A stretch of 62,761 bases of DNA, counting the filler, from Coriobacteriales bacterium (GTDB taxonomy: Bacteria > Actinomycetota > Coriobacteriia > Coriobacteriales > UBA8131), in assembly GCA_031263105.1 (NCBI GenBank). It is 5 parts of 5 records of this genome, joined end to end, with 100 filler letters (N's around TTAATTAATTAA, not from the genome) between each part and the next. Parts side by side here need not be neighbours in the genome. Positions count along the whole stretch, not along the records: positions 1 to 30,718 come from JAISGJ010000077.1; 4 more parts are not named here. One strand, 5' to 3'. Both the position numbers and the translations under genes were made by a program. Positions 9,508 to 19,449 of the stretch are shown in pieces. A model generated the notes under the pieces. It was given only the letters and a program-made list of their open reading frames with translations, had not been told where the DNA came from and did not search any database. The stretch's first letter is position 1. Each line of letters opens with the position of its first letter.

Positions 9508-12321
9508 CTATATCTTCTCGAGCTTGCAGCGGACGCACTGGTCGACGCCTTGGCCGATGTACTCCATGCGCTTGGGGTCGCCCGCAGGCACCAGATGGTT
9601 CACCGCCGTGCCCTTGCCGAGCGCGATAGGCTCGTAGCGGGAGCGGGAGTTGAGGTGGCCTCCTATGGCGGCGACGCACTCGGGGTGCACCAGCTCCGTG
9701 ACCACGGCCACGCCTTCGACGACGTCGCCCTCGCGGTTGGAGAGGCGCACCTTGTCGCCGCTGGCGATGCCCTTGGCCTTCGCGACGCCGGCATTGACCT
9801 CCAGGAAGTACGTGCTGTCGTCCGCCAGGTTTATCTCGTCGATCCAGGCGTTCTCCACCTGCCAGGTGTCGGTGTTGATCGCGTTGGTCCAGTAGATCGG
9901 ATAGGTGTCGTAGTCGGGATCCTCGATGGCGAAGTCGACGCAGGGCATGTAGTCCGCCAACGGGACGTAGTCCTCGAGCTCCCAGTAGATGCCGAGCTTG
10001 TCCACGGCCGCCTGGATCTTCTCCCTTGCCTCGAAGAAGATGTCGAAGTACAGCGGGATGCGTCCCGGGCGGCCCGCCGCGAAGACGTACACCTCGTCGG
10101 CCCTGCGCTCGCGCGTCCACACGCCGTTCTCGCGGAACCACTCCACTCCGCGACCTTCTCCCGCCAGGGACTTCAGGGCCGCGTCGCAGACCCGCTCGGC
10201 GGTGATCTTCTCGCCCGGCTTCAGCGCGTGCTCGTCGGTGAGCTGGTAGTACTCGTTGAGTGCGCCCGCGAAGGCCTCGGTCCTCCCGGCTTTCTCGGCC
10301 AGGGCCCCGAAGACGTCGAGCGCCGACGGGCAGTCGTCCTTCGCAGGGACGATGGGCTGGCGCCCGAGCACGGTGAAGGGGACCTCCTTCAGGCCCGGCA
10401 GGCGATGGTTGTTGAAGGACAGCGGCAGCGGGTCGTAGCGCTCAAGGTAACAGGGCTCGGGTATGACGAGGTCGTAATAATAGGACGAGTCGTTCAGATA
10501 GATGTCCATGCCCCACACCCATTTGAAGGAGGCCAGCAGCTTCGCCTGATAGTCGTGGTTGCACCAGTTCTTCAGGGGGTTGGAGGCCATGCAGAAGGCC
10601 ACCTCGGACGGCGTGGTGTTATAGACCTCGGGCTGGACCTGCGAGATGTAGCCGAAGTGCTGGTCTATGGAGAGGGGCGTGAGCTCCTCAAGGCATTCGG
10701 TCGTCGGCATCATGTCGCTTTCGCGTATCTTCCGGTAGTAGGACTCCTGGTGCGGGTACCCATGCGCCATGGCCAGGTCCTCGATGAGGCCGTCCTCCTC
10801 CCAGATCGAATACTCCCAGGTGTGGCCGGGGTCGCCCTCGTAGAAGCCGCGCTTGTTCTCGGCGTAATAGCTCAGGTAGCCGCCCACGGCGAAGATGGAG
10901 CCGACCAGCAAATTGAGCTGGAGGATGGCCCAGTGCGCATGGAAGCCGTGCTTATGGCGGGAGACGCCGGAGAACGAGTCCACGGCGGCAGGGCGGTAGG
11001 GCACCGTGAGGCCGTCGACCTCGACGGTCTGTCCGATGCATGCCGCCTCGCCGAACTCCCGGGCGATGCGGCGCAGCGTCGCGGCCGGGATGGTGGATAT
11101 CTGCTCGACGTGCTCCGGCGTGTAGGTGGCGATGTGCTCCCGGAAGAGGCTGAAGGCGGTCCTGAGCTTCTTGCCGTCGAGCTCGAAGTCGCCCTCGAGC
11201 GCCGGGGCGGCACAGCGGTCGTAGCTGCGGGGCGTGCCGTCCGTCGTGTCCATGTAGAGGGCCTTGTTGCCGTCATCGGGGTCGCGGACGATGCGGCCCG
11301 TCTCCACGTCCACCAGCGAGGGGCCGTTGGAGCGCTCGGTCATGAACTCCCTGTCCCACAGGTCGTACTCGTTGACCAGCAGGTTCGCGATCCCAAGGGC
11401 GACTGCGGCATCGGTGCCGGGACGCAGGGGCACCCATTCGTCGGCCTTCTCGGCCGCGCCCGACATATGCGGGTCGAAGTTGACGAGCTTGGCACCCTTC
11501 GCCCTGCTCTCGGCGAAGATCTTGGCGGTGACGCTCGTGCCGTGACGCGTGGCTATGCCTGCCTGGGTGCCGAACTGCATCAGGTACTTGACGTTGGTGT
11601 AGTCGGGAAGGGCGTTGCCGCCGCTGGTCATGAGCTGGCTGATGCTATGGATGTTCGCACCGCAGATGTCTGCCTTGATCGGCACGGGGATGTTGCCGTT
11701 CGACCCGATCCAGTTCATCGAGTCTATCCAGGAGATGATGCTGGTGATCAGCGCGAACACGATGACGGGCAGGCCTTTCTCCTGTTGCTCCTCGAGCTTC
11801 TCCAGGATGAGGTCCAAGGCTTCGTCCCAGCTGATCTCTTCCCAGCCGGGGTCGATGCCCACGCCCTTCTCGGGGTTCGTGCGCTTCAGGGGCTTTGTGA
11901 TGCGGTTGGGGTCGTAGAGCTGCTGGATGCCGGCCAGGCCCTTGCCGCAGAGATGGCCCCATCCGGCGGGGCTGCGGTCGTCGCCCTTGATCTCCACCAG
12001 CTTCCCCTCGACGACCCGTCCGAGGATGCTGCAGGAGTTGAAGCAGCCGTTGCAGGACGACGGCAGCCAGACCCCCTCTTCCCCGACGGTCGCGACGGAC
12101 GGGTCTCCCGCAGGGCCCTGCGCCCCTTGCTCCTCCGTCCCCTGGCAGCCGACGAGGACGCCGCCGACCCCCGCCATCGCCGCCGCCGCCGCGCCGCCCA
12201 CCACGAAGTCGCGGCGGGAGACCCCTGCGCGACCCTCCGCGGGCGGCGTCTCCTCGGGCCGTGCGTGCCGCACGGGGCCGCTGGGCCCGTGCGTGGCGGC
12301 CTCTTTCCTGTCTGTCTGCAT
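9508..12321 (-). CDS. Tat-exported molybdopterin (Mo-bis-PGD) oxidoreductase, catalytic subunit
   Basis: SRRDFV Tat motif, CNGCFNSC...LCGKG Fe-S motif, ISWDEAL, LRPGTDAA, C-terminal molybdopterin-binding domain. Confidence 0.93.
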   Translation of the reverse strand: MQTDRKEAATHGPSGPVRHARPEETPPAEGRAGVSRRDFVVGGAAAAAMAGVGGVLVGCQGTEEQGAQGPAGDPSVATVGEEGVWLPSSCNGCFNSCSILGRVVEGKLVEIKGDDRSPAGWGHLCGKGLAGIQQLYDPNRITKPLKRTNPEKGVGIDPGWEEISWDEALDLILEKLEEQQEKGLPVIVFALITSIISWIDSMNWIGSNGNIPVPIKADICGANIHSISQLMTSGGNALPDYTNVKYLMQFGTQAGIATRHGTSVTAKIFAESRAKGAKLVNFDPHMSGAAEKADEWVPLRPGTDAAVALGIANLLVNEYDLWDREFMTERSNGPSLVDVETGRIVRDPDDGNKALYMDTTDGTPRSYDRCAAPALEGDFELDGKKLRTAFSLFREHIATYTPEHVEQISTIPAATLRRIAREFGEAACIGQTVEVDGLTVPYRPAAVDSFSGVSRHKHGFHAHWAILQLNLLVGSIFAVGGYLSYYAENKRGFYEGDPGHTWEYSIWEEDGLIEDLAMAHGYPHQESYYRKIRESDMMPTTECLEELTPLSIDQHFGYISQVQPEVYNTTPSEVAFCMASNPLKNWCNHDYQAKLLASFKWVWGMDIYLNDSSYYYDLVIPEPCYLERYDPLPLSFNNHRLPGLKEVPFTVLGRQPIVPAKDDCPSALDVFGALAEKAGRTEAFAGALNEYYQLTDEHALKPGEKITAERVCDAALKSLAGEGRGVEWFRENGVWTRERRADEVYVFAAGRPGRIPLYFDIFFEAREKIQAAVDKLGIYWELEDYVPLADYMPCVDFAIEDPDYDTYPIYWTNAINTDTWQVENAWIDEINLADDSTYFLEVNAGVAKAKGIASGDKVRLSNREGDVVEGVAVVTELVHPECVAAIGGHLNSRSRYEPIALGKGTAVNHLVPAGDPKRMEYIGQGVDQCVRCKLEKI

Positions 12322-12424
12322 ACGCTCCTCCTTTTCTACCGGGCACCCTCTGCCAGGGCGCTTCCCTGACGACTATAGGGTGGCCCCTGCCGCTCCCCCT
12401 ACCAATAGCGGGGGGAATCCGAAA

Positions 12425-12443
12425 ATCCCCCTCGGCGGGGGAT
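12425..12443. promoter_or_regulatory. Palindromic candidate LuxR operator
   Basis: ATCCCCC-tcggc-GGGGGAT perfect inverted repeat between the divergent Mo-enzyme and LuxR genes. Confidence 0.45.
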
Positions 12444-12478
12444 GGGATGTCCACGGTCTTCTGTAGCATGGAGCAAGG

Positions 12479-13978
12479 ATGGAGCAATCAATCGGCGCTT
12501 CCCAGAGCGGACTACCGGGAGGACAGGTGCGAGGAGGACGTTTGGGTGTTCTGAGGCACGCGTCAAGCGTGGTGGGCTTTGCGGCGCATTGGGCTTGGGT
12601 CTGGTGCCTGTTCTGGAGCTCGCTGTTCTACAGCGAAGGCCCGCTGATCGCCGGCCTGGGCGGCGGGCTGTTCTCCTTGGAGCCGCTTTGGACGCTCTCC
12701 TTGTTGGCGAACGCGTGCGGGCTGGTCGTCTTTCTGCTGGTCTCCTATTTCAAGAACCCCTTGGGGGACAAGGTGGCGGCCTATTGGCTGTGCGCGGCCA
12801 TAAAGGTCGCAGGGACCCTGATGGTGTCGCATCCGTTCATCACGATGATGGGCACGGCCTCGACCGTCACCTATCCCATCGGAGCCGTGATAACCGGCTT
12901 CGGCTCGGCGGGCCTCTTTGCCTTCTGGGGCGAGTATTTCGCTTCGCTCGGCTCGCGGCAGACCATCCTCCGTGCCGTTCCGGCCATGGTCTTAGGCAGC
13001 ATGGTCTATCTCCTCATAGCCTTCGTGCCGACCGATGCCGCACAGATATTCGCCGCGTCGCTGCCCCTCATCAGCATCTGCTGCCTGATCCGTGCCAAGC
13101 GCAGCGATCCCCGCCGCACGGTCTCCTTCGTCACGTCGGTCAAGGTGCGGCTGAAGGAAAGGCCGCCGGTGCGCCTTATCGCCATCTCGTTGTTTTTCGG
13201 TTTCTTCTACGGCATCATGAAGGGCCTGTTCGCCTTGGAGGAGACTGCCGTCATCGAGATGCGCGACCTGGTCTTCATCGCCGCCGTGTGCCTCGGGTCC
13301 ATCGCCCTGTATGTGACCACGGTCGTCTTCCGCATGGACTTCGACCGCCTCACCTACCAGATAGCCCTGCCGCTCATGGCCGCCTGCTTCATCTTCCTGC
13401 CGTGGGAATCCCCCTTCGCCCTCGTGGGCGCCGGCTTCCACCAGCTCGGCTACCAGTATTTCTACATCATACTCTGGGCGATCTGGCCGGTGCTGGCACG
13501 GCGTGGGGACGTCCCGGAAGGATGGGTCGTCTGCTGGGGCCTCTCCTCCATACAGTTCGGCCAGTTCTTCGGCTCTGCTCTCAGCGCTGGGATGATAGCG
13601 GTCCTGGAGCCTCTCCAGATGGGCACCTTCTGTTCCCTGGCCATCTTCACGATTCTCCTGATCGCCCTGTTCTCCTTCGGCGACACCTCCGCAAAGACGG
13701 GCTGGGGCTTTCTGAAGCCCCTTGAGGAAGGCGATGCGGTCTCGGCTTTCAGGCGTGCGTGCATGCAGGTCGCCGCCGCCAACCGCCTCTCCCCACGTGA
13801 GACCGAGGTGCTGGTCCTCCTCTCGCGCGGGCACGACCGTTCCTATATCGGCAAGAAACTGGTGATCTCGGACGAGACGGCAAAGTCCCACTTCAAGAGC
13901 ATCTACCGCAAGATCGGGGTGCACTCCCAACAGGAGATCATCCGTGCGGTCGAGGAGCAGATTCGGATACTGCGCTGA
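12479..13978 (+). CDS. Membrane-bound LuxR-family regulator
   Basis: Multi-TM N-terminus; LSPRETEVLVLLSRGH...ISDETAKSHFKSIYRKIG. Confidence 0.92.
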   Translation: MEQSIGASQSGLPGGQVRGGRLGVLRHASSVVGFAAHWAWVWCLFWSSLFYSEGPLIAGLGGGLFSLEPLWTLSLLANACGLVVFLLVSYFKNPLGDKVAAYWLCAAIKVAGTLMVSHPFITMMGTASTVTYPIGAVITGFGSAGLFAFWGEYFASLGSRQTILRAVPAMVLGSMVYLLIAFVPTDAAQIFAASLPLISICCLIRAKRSDPRRTVSFVTSVKVRLKERPPVRLIAISLFFGFFYGIMKGLFALEETAVIEMRDLVFIAAVCLGSIALYVTTVVFRMDFDRLTYQIALPLMAACFIFLPWESPFALVGAGFHQLGYQYFYIILWAIWPVLARRGDVPEGWVVCWGLSSIQFGQFFGSALSAGMIAVLEPLQMGTFCSLAIFTILLIALFSFGDTSAKTGWGFLKPLEEGDAVSAFRRACMQVAAANRLSPRETEVLVLLSRGHDRSYIGKKLVISDETAKSHFKSIYRKIGVHSQQEIIRAVEEQIRILR

Positions 13979-14045
13979 GGGCAGGGTCAGCCCCTTGGCC
14001 GGGCTTGCCCTCAGAGGTTGTTGGGGCGCGTCAAGTGTGTTTCGT

Positions 14046-14312
14046 TCAACCGACAGACAAGATCGAGTCCTCATAGAGGGCCTCGGGTGCCATGTCCAGC
14101 ATTTCATCCCAAACAACGGTACCGAAGGCAATATGTGCCCTCTTGAAAAAATCGATGTCCTCAAACTTCTTGAACACGCCTTTGTCCACCAAATGACCTG
14201 CATCGTAGACGGCCTTTGTGCCGTCGGTGAACTCGATGCGTAAATGATAGTCGTCCGTCGCCGTAACGTTCAGAAGGTCGATGTCGGGATTCCACTCTCG
14301 TCTGGCCATCAT
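14046..14312 (-). CDS. DUF2442 domain protein (antitoxin-like)
   Basis: DDYHLRIEFTDG...GTVVW...DMAPEALYE. Confidence 0.85.
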   Translation of the reverse strand: MMARREWNPDIDLLNVTATDDYHLRIEFTDGTKAVYDAGHLVDKGVFKKFEDIDFFKRAHIAFGTVVWDEMLDMAPEALYEDSILSVG

Positions 14313-14566
14313 TTACTCCAAGCCCTTTATTGTAAACGGCACGCCGGAGTTTTGAGCCAAATACCAGTTTGCGCTCAACTCGTCTTCATGCAAAAGCGCC
14401 CAAGCCTTGATCAGCGTCTTCTGTTTTGGCGGTATCTTCTCCTTGCCTTCCTTCAAGATCACTCCTGTGAACAGGAAGGTTGCCTTGGCTCCTTGGTAAT
14501 ACGCGTGAAAATGCGGGGGATTATGGTCTTTAATAAGATACCAAAGAACTGTGAGATAAGTGCCAT
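14313..14566 (-). pseudogene. DUF4160 domain protein (toxin-like), frameshifted
   Basis: MALISQFFGI in one frame; KDHNPPHFHAYYQG...LIKAWALLHEDELSANW...IKGLE* in another. Confidence 0.8.
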
Positions 14567-14666
14567 TCGCATCTCCTGACCCTGCATGGGAACTCCTCTA
14601 TGATACCACAGCGCTTTTCTGATACGAAACGACCGACCCCTGTCACCGTTCAACTTCCTGTCGCGG

Positions 14667-15058
14667 GCTACCGTTCGCACCCCACTGTCATTCCGAGCTC
14701 CGCCGAGGAATCTTTGGACACGCAGTGTCCAACCGCAGGTCGCAGGGCCCTTCGGCCTGCGGTCGACCGCTGGCGCGGTCGAGGATCCCTCGGCAGGCTC
14801 GGGATGACAGCGGGGCCCGGGATGACAGCGGGGCCCGGGACGGCAGCGGGGCCCGGGATGACAGCGGGGCCCGGGACGGCAGCGGGGGCCGGGGCGGCAG
14901 CGGGGCCCGGGGCGGCAGCGGGGCCCGGGGCGGCAGCGGGGCCCGGGACGGCAGCGGGGCCCGGGACGGCAGCGGGGCCCGGGACGGCAGCGGGGGCCGG
15001 GACGGCAGCGGGGCTCGGAATGACAGAGGGGTATCCGTGGGGGTGTAGGAACTGTAGC
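14667..15058. repeat. Palindromic MITE/REP-like element (family A) with 12 tandem 18-bp units
   Basis: CTGTCATTCCGAGC...GAGGAATC / GATCCCTCGGCAGGCTCGGGATGACAG arms; GGGATGACAGCGGGGCCC-like units at 14801-15016. Confidence 0.85.
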
Positions 15059-15290
15059 GGGCGGCAGGCTACTGACAACATCTGTCCTGTCATACCTGTC
15101 GCTTCGGCAAAGCCTGCCACGGGCACAGCGAAGAGGCCTTGTTCCGCATAGGTTGGCCGAGGGGGAGCGCGAATACCCGTGTTGTCTCGGACGGAGGGTC
15201 CCTTCGCTGCGCCCGTGGCGGGCTCCATGGGTGAACGCGAGGTTCTTTGGCTGCTCCAGCGCTGAGGCCCCGGGACGTGCGATGCATCGT

Positions 15291-15998
15291 TCAGTGCATT
15301 CCCACCTTCACTTCCGCTCCTTGTGCCTCACGCGTCGCACCACTCCTCATGGCGGCACGGATGCGCAAGGCGACATAGCAGGCGAACACGACGCTGTAGA
15401 CGGCTATCGAGAGGCGGGCGTTTGCGGCCCCTTGGAGCGCGGGGACGAGCAGGTAGCCCAGGATATGGAGGTAGACGAGGCCGAAGAACAGGTAGGCCAA
15501 GCGCTGGACGCGCCGCCAGAGGCGGGGATCCATCGCGGAGCGCACCCTCCGAAACGACGTCACGGTCAGCACCGCCAGCACGGCCAGCAGGGCGAGCGAG
15601 AGCGCCAAAGGCACCATGAGGCTCGCCCTGAGCTGGAAGAAGTGTCCCAGAAGGCCCGCGTAGTTGGCTAGGAGCAGGACGAAATGCCCGCACACCAGGA
15701 TGCTTCCCAGTATCGAGAGCTCGCCCCGCACAGGAAGGAGGCGCCCCCCGAGCGCCGAGTCCTTCCTGAGCGTTCCTGCGAACATGACCACGACGAAGAA
15801 CGCGAAGCCGAGCTGGCCCTTTTGCATCAGGTCTTGGAACGGCCTGACAAGCGTGTCAGGGGTCGGCTCCGCGAAGAGCAGGTAGAGCACGACCGCTGCC
15901 GCCGCCCCCGCATAGAAGACGAGGGGCCTTTGCCTGAGCGCACGGGCGCCTGCGAGTGAGACCGCGCCTGCGAGCGCCAAGGCGAGAATCACGTTCAT
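15291..15998 (-). CDS. Ferric reductase-like transmembrane protein (MsrQ-like membrane partner)
   Basis: About 6 TM helices; RGELSILG...GH and LTVTSF...WRRVQRLAYLFFGLVYLH motifs. Confidence 0.8.
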   Translation of the reverse strand: MNVILALALAGAVSLAGARALRQRPLVFYAGAAAAVVLYLLFAEPTPDTLVRPFQDLMQKGQLGFAFFVVVMFAGTLRKDSALGGRLLPVRGELSILGSILVCGHFVLLLANYAGLLGHFFQLRASLMVPLALSLALLAVLAVLTVTSFRRVRSAMDPRLWRRVQRLAYLFFGLVYLHILGYLLVPALQGAANARLSIAVYSVVFACYVALRIRAAMRSGATREAQGAEVKVGMH

Positions 15999-16034
15999 GG
16001 GGCCTCACGTTCCTTTCGGATCCGCCTGCGTCGC

Positions 16035-18320
16035 CTACGCCTTGGCGACCTCGCAGAGGCCTGACGAGAACGGCGGGAAGCCGGTGATGGGGTCGAAGTC
16101 TCGGGTGGTGAGCAGGTTCACGTCCGCCTGGTGCCAGCCGTGGAATATGTCGACCACGCCGGGCATGACCATGTTCGTCACCTCGGCCTTCATCGCTATC
16201 TCGCCCTGCATGTTGAACACGCGCGCGTCGTCCCCGTCCTTCAGGCCGCGCGCCTCGGCGTCCTTGGGGCTCAGGCGCACGACGGGGTCGGGCATGAACT
16301 GGTTGAGCCAGGGCAGGTCGCGCAGCTTGCTGTGCGTGTAGTAGGGCACGCGCGAGCCGGTGTTGAGCACGAGGGGGTACTGCGCATCCTCCGCCGGGCC
16401 TCCAAGGGGGCTGTGGACGGGCTCCTCGTAGATGGGCAGGCCCTCGAATCCGAGGCCCGTGAGCACGGTCGAGACGAGCTCGACCTTGCCGGAGGCGGTG
16501 CCGAAGCCGGGCTGGCCGTCCGGACGCAGCTTGCCGCTCTCGTATTTGCGCTCCTCGGGGGCGGGGCCCGGCACCTCGAAGCCGTCGGGGTTGTTGCGCA
16601 GGTCGTCGAGGGTGACCTCGAGGCCGGTGGTCTTGAGCAGCTCCTCGAGCGCGCCATCGACGCTGCCGCCGAAGCACTCGTCCTCGTAGCCGAGGGCGCA
16701 GCCTATCTCCATGATCACCTGCCAGTCCTCACGTGCCTCGCCCAGAGGCTTGACAGCAGGCTGGCGCAGGAATATCTTGCGTCCGAATATCGACAGGGCG
16801 GCAGTCCGCTCGTAGCACATCGCCGCAGGCAGGACCATGTCCACCAGGTCGTGGGTCCACGGGCGGATGTAGTAGTCGATGGCGACCGAGAACTCGAGGC
16901 TCTTGATGGCCTCCTGGTACAGAGGGGTGTCAGGCCACATCATGGAGTTGATGCCGAGCAGGACGCCGGCGCGTATCTTGCCGTCCTTCACGTACTCGGG
17001 CAGGTTCACGGTCTGCATCATCTTGTAGTACTTCGCCCAGACCGGGAATTCGTCCTTGTCATGGCGTCTGCCTTGGAAGCCCTGCTCCTCGTAGACGCCT
17101 TCGAGCTGGAAGCCCTTGGTCGAGGCGGCGTAGTCGAAGGGCAGGCCGGGGCCGAGCGTCAGGCCGCCGGCGACGTCGAGGCAGCCGAGGAGCGCGGGTA
17201 TCATGAACACCGCACGCTGGAAGTGCCCCACGTTGGTGGTATGGCAGCCGCCCTTGGAGCTGGTGACGAGCGTGCTGGGGGCGTTCGTGCCGATGAGGGT
17301 CGCCGCCTCGACGAGCCTGTCGGCGGGGACCCAGGTTATCTCCTCGACCTTCTCGGGGGTGTACTCGGCGACGTAGGCCGCAAGCTCGTCGAAGCCCACG
17401 GTCCACTCCGCGACGAAGTCCTTGTCGTAGAGGTCCTGTTCGATGAGCTGGTTGATGAAGCCTGCCACGAGCGCGCCGTCCGAGCCGGGACGCAGCTGCA
17501 GGTGGACGTCGGCGACGCCGGAGACCAGCGGGGTGACGCGGGGGTCCACCACGACGAACTTCACGCCACGCTCCTTGGCGGCCATGAAGCCCTTGAAGCG
17601 GTTGGGCTGCGACCAGGCGGGGTTGAGCGACCACACCAGGCAGCTCTTCGTGGCATCGCCGGGGTCCTGTCCCATGCTGTTCTGGCCGAAGACCATCTGA
17701 GCGCACATCCAGCTGGCGGCCGCGCAGACCGAGCTCTCCGTGCCGTAGCTCGACGAGCCGAACAGGGTCGCCAGGCGCTGCATGGCGCCGCGCGGCTCCT
17801 TGGGGTCGCCGCAGAAGAAGAGCACCGCATCCGCCCCGTGCTGCTCCTTTATCCCGCCCAGCTTCTCGGCTATGGTCGCGTAGGCCTCGTCCCAGGAGAT
17901 GGTCTCCCACTCAGGCGAGCCGGTGCCCTTCTCGTTGGTGCGTCTCACAGGGCTCAGCAGCCGCTCGGGGTCGTAGAGCTCCTGAAGGCTCGCGATGCCC
18001 TTGGCGCAGAGAGGGGACGCGGGGTAGGGCGCACTCGACTCGACGCGTACTATCCTCTCCTCCTGAACGTAGCAGTTGATGCCGCATTTGGGCACATGGT
18101 TGCACATGTCGCAGTAGGTGCGACGGATCTCGATGGGGGAGTTCTCGTCGGCGAACGCCTCTGTGGGATGGAAGATGTTGAAGCCGGCGCCGCCGCTGCC
18201 GAGCGTTGTGCCGAGGACGGCCGCTCCGGCGACGAAGCTGCGGCGCGAGAGCCCGCTTCCGTGCTGGACGGCCTCTGCGGCCCTTGCAGCCCCTGTGGTG
18301 TCAGCCTTCATTCGAGCCAC
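16035..18320 (-). CDS. Tat-exported molybdopterin oxidoreductase, catalytic subunit
   Basis: SRRSFV, CDMCNHVPKC...LCAKG, ISWDEA, TESSVC, LRPGSDGAL, C-terminal HGW. Confidence 0.93.
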   Translation of the reverse strand: MARMKADTTGAARAAEAVQHGSGLSRRSFVAGAAVLGTTLGSGGAGFNIFHPTEAFADENSPIEIRRTYCDMCNHVPKCGINCYVQEERIVRVESSAPYPASPLCAKGIASLQELYDPERLLSPVRRTNEKGTGSPEWETISWDEAYATIAEKLGGIKEQHGADAVLFFCGDPKEPRGAMQRLATLFGSSSYGTESSVCAAASWMCAQMVFGQNSMGQDPGDATKSCLVWSLNPAWSQPNRFKGFMAAKERGVKFVVVDPRVTPLVSGVADVHLQLRPGSDGALVAGFINQLIEQDLYDKDFVAEWTVGFDELAAYVAEYTPEKVEEITWVPADRLVEAATLIGTNAPSTLVTSSKGGCHTTNVGHFQRAVFMIPALLGCLDVAGGLTLGPGLPFDYAASTKGFQLEGVYEEQGFQGRRHDKDEFPVWAKYYKMMQTVNLPEYVKDGKIRAGVLLGINSMMWPDTPLYQEAIKSLEFSVAIDYYIRPWTHDLVDMVLPAAMCYERTAALSIFGRKIFLRQPAVKPLGEAREDWQVIMEIGCALGYEDECFGGSVDGALEELLKTTGLEVTLDDLRNNPDGFEVPGPAPEERKYESGKLRPDGQPGFGTASGKVELVSTVLTGLGFEGLPIYEEPVHSPLGGPAEDAQYPLVLNTGSRVPYYTHSKLRDLPWLNQFMPDPVVRLSPKDAEARGLKDGDDARVFNMQGEIAMKAEVTNMVMPGVVDIFHGWHQADVNLLTTRDFDPITGFPPFSSGLCEVAKA

Positions 18321-19131
18321 CTCCGTTTCCTTCGGCCTTCTTGTCCTTGGACCTCTTCACCGCGACGCCCACGCCCACTGCGGCCGCAGCGACGACGACA
18401 GCGCCGCCGCCGATGACGGCAGGGCTTATCCCGGGCGCGGCCGCCGTCTTGGGGGCCTCGTCGGTCTCGGCATCGGTCTCGGCCTCGACCGCCTCGACGG
18501 GCGGGCTGCTCACCATCACCTTGGAGGCCAGCATGTCGGAGGGCATGCCGACGGGCTCGAGGTAATAGAAGCCGGTCGTGCCCACCCGCTTCGCGTTGGC
18601 TGCCTTCTGGGCTATCTCGCTCTCGGGGTCGTCGATGTCCCCGAAGGTGCGTGCGGCGCCCGGGCAGTTGACCACGCAGGCCGGCTGGCGCCCCTCGGCG
18701 CGCAGCTCCTCGCAGAATATGCACTTCTCGGCGACGTCGGCCCGCTGGACGCCGTAGGACTCATAGGGGGCGGGGGTTTCGGCGTCGAACCAGTTCTCCT
18801 TCGTCGTGTTGAGGTGGCGGGCGCCATAGGGGCAGGCGCTCACGCATTGGCCGCAGCAGATGCACTCCTCGTAGTCGACGAGGGTCACCCCCTCCTCGTT
18901 CTGATGGCTCGCTCCCGTCGGGCAGGCGGACGCGCACGGCGGGTCGTCGCACTGCATGCAGGAATGGGGGAGATAGGTGCGCCGTGCGTCGGGGTAGTCG
19001 TCCCACTCGCAGCGGTCCACCGTCACCCACACCACGCCGGGGCGCGTGTTGTTCTGCATCTGGCAGGAGACAACACACCCACAGCAACCGGCGCAGCGTG
19101 CCAGGTCGATGAGCATTGCCTGTCTGGTCAT
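18301..19131 (-). CDS. 4Fe-4S dicluster protein with a C-terminal membrane anchor
   Basis: CAGCCGCVVSC, CMQCDDPPCASACP, CICCGQCVSACP, KCIFC; hydrophobic tail followed by KR. Confidence 0.92.
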   Translation of the reverse strand: MTRQAMLIDLARCAGCCGCVVSCQMQNNTRPGVVWVTVDRCEWDDYPDARRTYLPHSCMQCDDPPCASACPTGASHQNEEGVTLVDYEECICCGQCVSACPYGARHLNTTKENWFDAETPAPYESYGVQRADVAEKCIFCEELRAEGRQPACVVNCPGAARTFGDIDDPESEIAQKAANAKRVGTTGFYYLEPVGMPSDMLASKVMVSSPPVEAVEAETDAETDEAPKTAAAPGISPAVIGGGAVVVAAAAVGVGVAVKRSKDKKAEGNGGGSNEG

Positions 19132-19303
19132 GATCGGTCCTTCCTCTCACGTGTCGGGCGGGCCGCCCTGTGCTCCAGGTGGTTCGCAGCCCACGGTCCT
19201 GCGTTCTTCCACTGTCAAGGAGTATGCGCAAATCCCCCGCCCTTATCCAGAAGCGTCGCTTAAACTTTCAAGGTCGCTTCGGATAGGGTGCCTCGATAGC
19301 GTG

Positions 19304-19327
19304 CGTTGCGTGAAAAACCACGCGACG
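19304..19327. promoter_or_regulatory. Candidate Crp/Fnr-type operator
   Basis: CGTTGCGTG-N6-CACGCGACG imperfect palindrome between the Crp gene and the divergent Mo operon. Confidence 0.4.
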
Positions 19328-19449
19328 GCTATGATTACAGGCAGGCAACGGATATACTATAGTTAGAGAGGCGGCTGAAGGAGGATGCTTGGGGCAGGAC
19401 ACGTGTCCGTCGCCTGCAACGGCGGGCAGACGCCCCGTAGTCCGGGGAG

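Noticed and set aside
9550..12369. Long antisense ORFs (also 16131-18416, 53267-55018 and others)
   Set aside because: Shadow ORFs opposite well-supported genes, expected in high-GC DNA
14801..15016. Possible CRISPR array
   Set aside because: The 18-bp units are directly tandem with no unique spacers, and no cas operon is present; VapD is only Cas2-like
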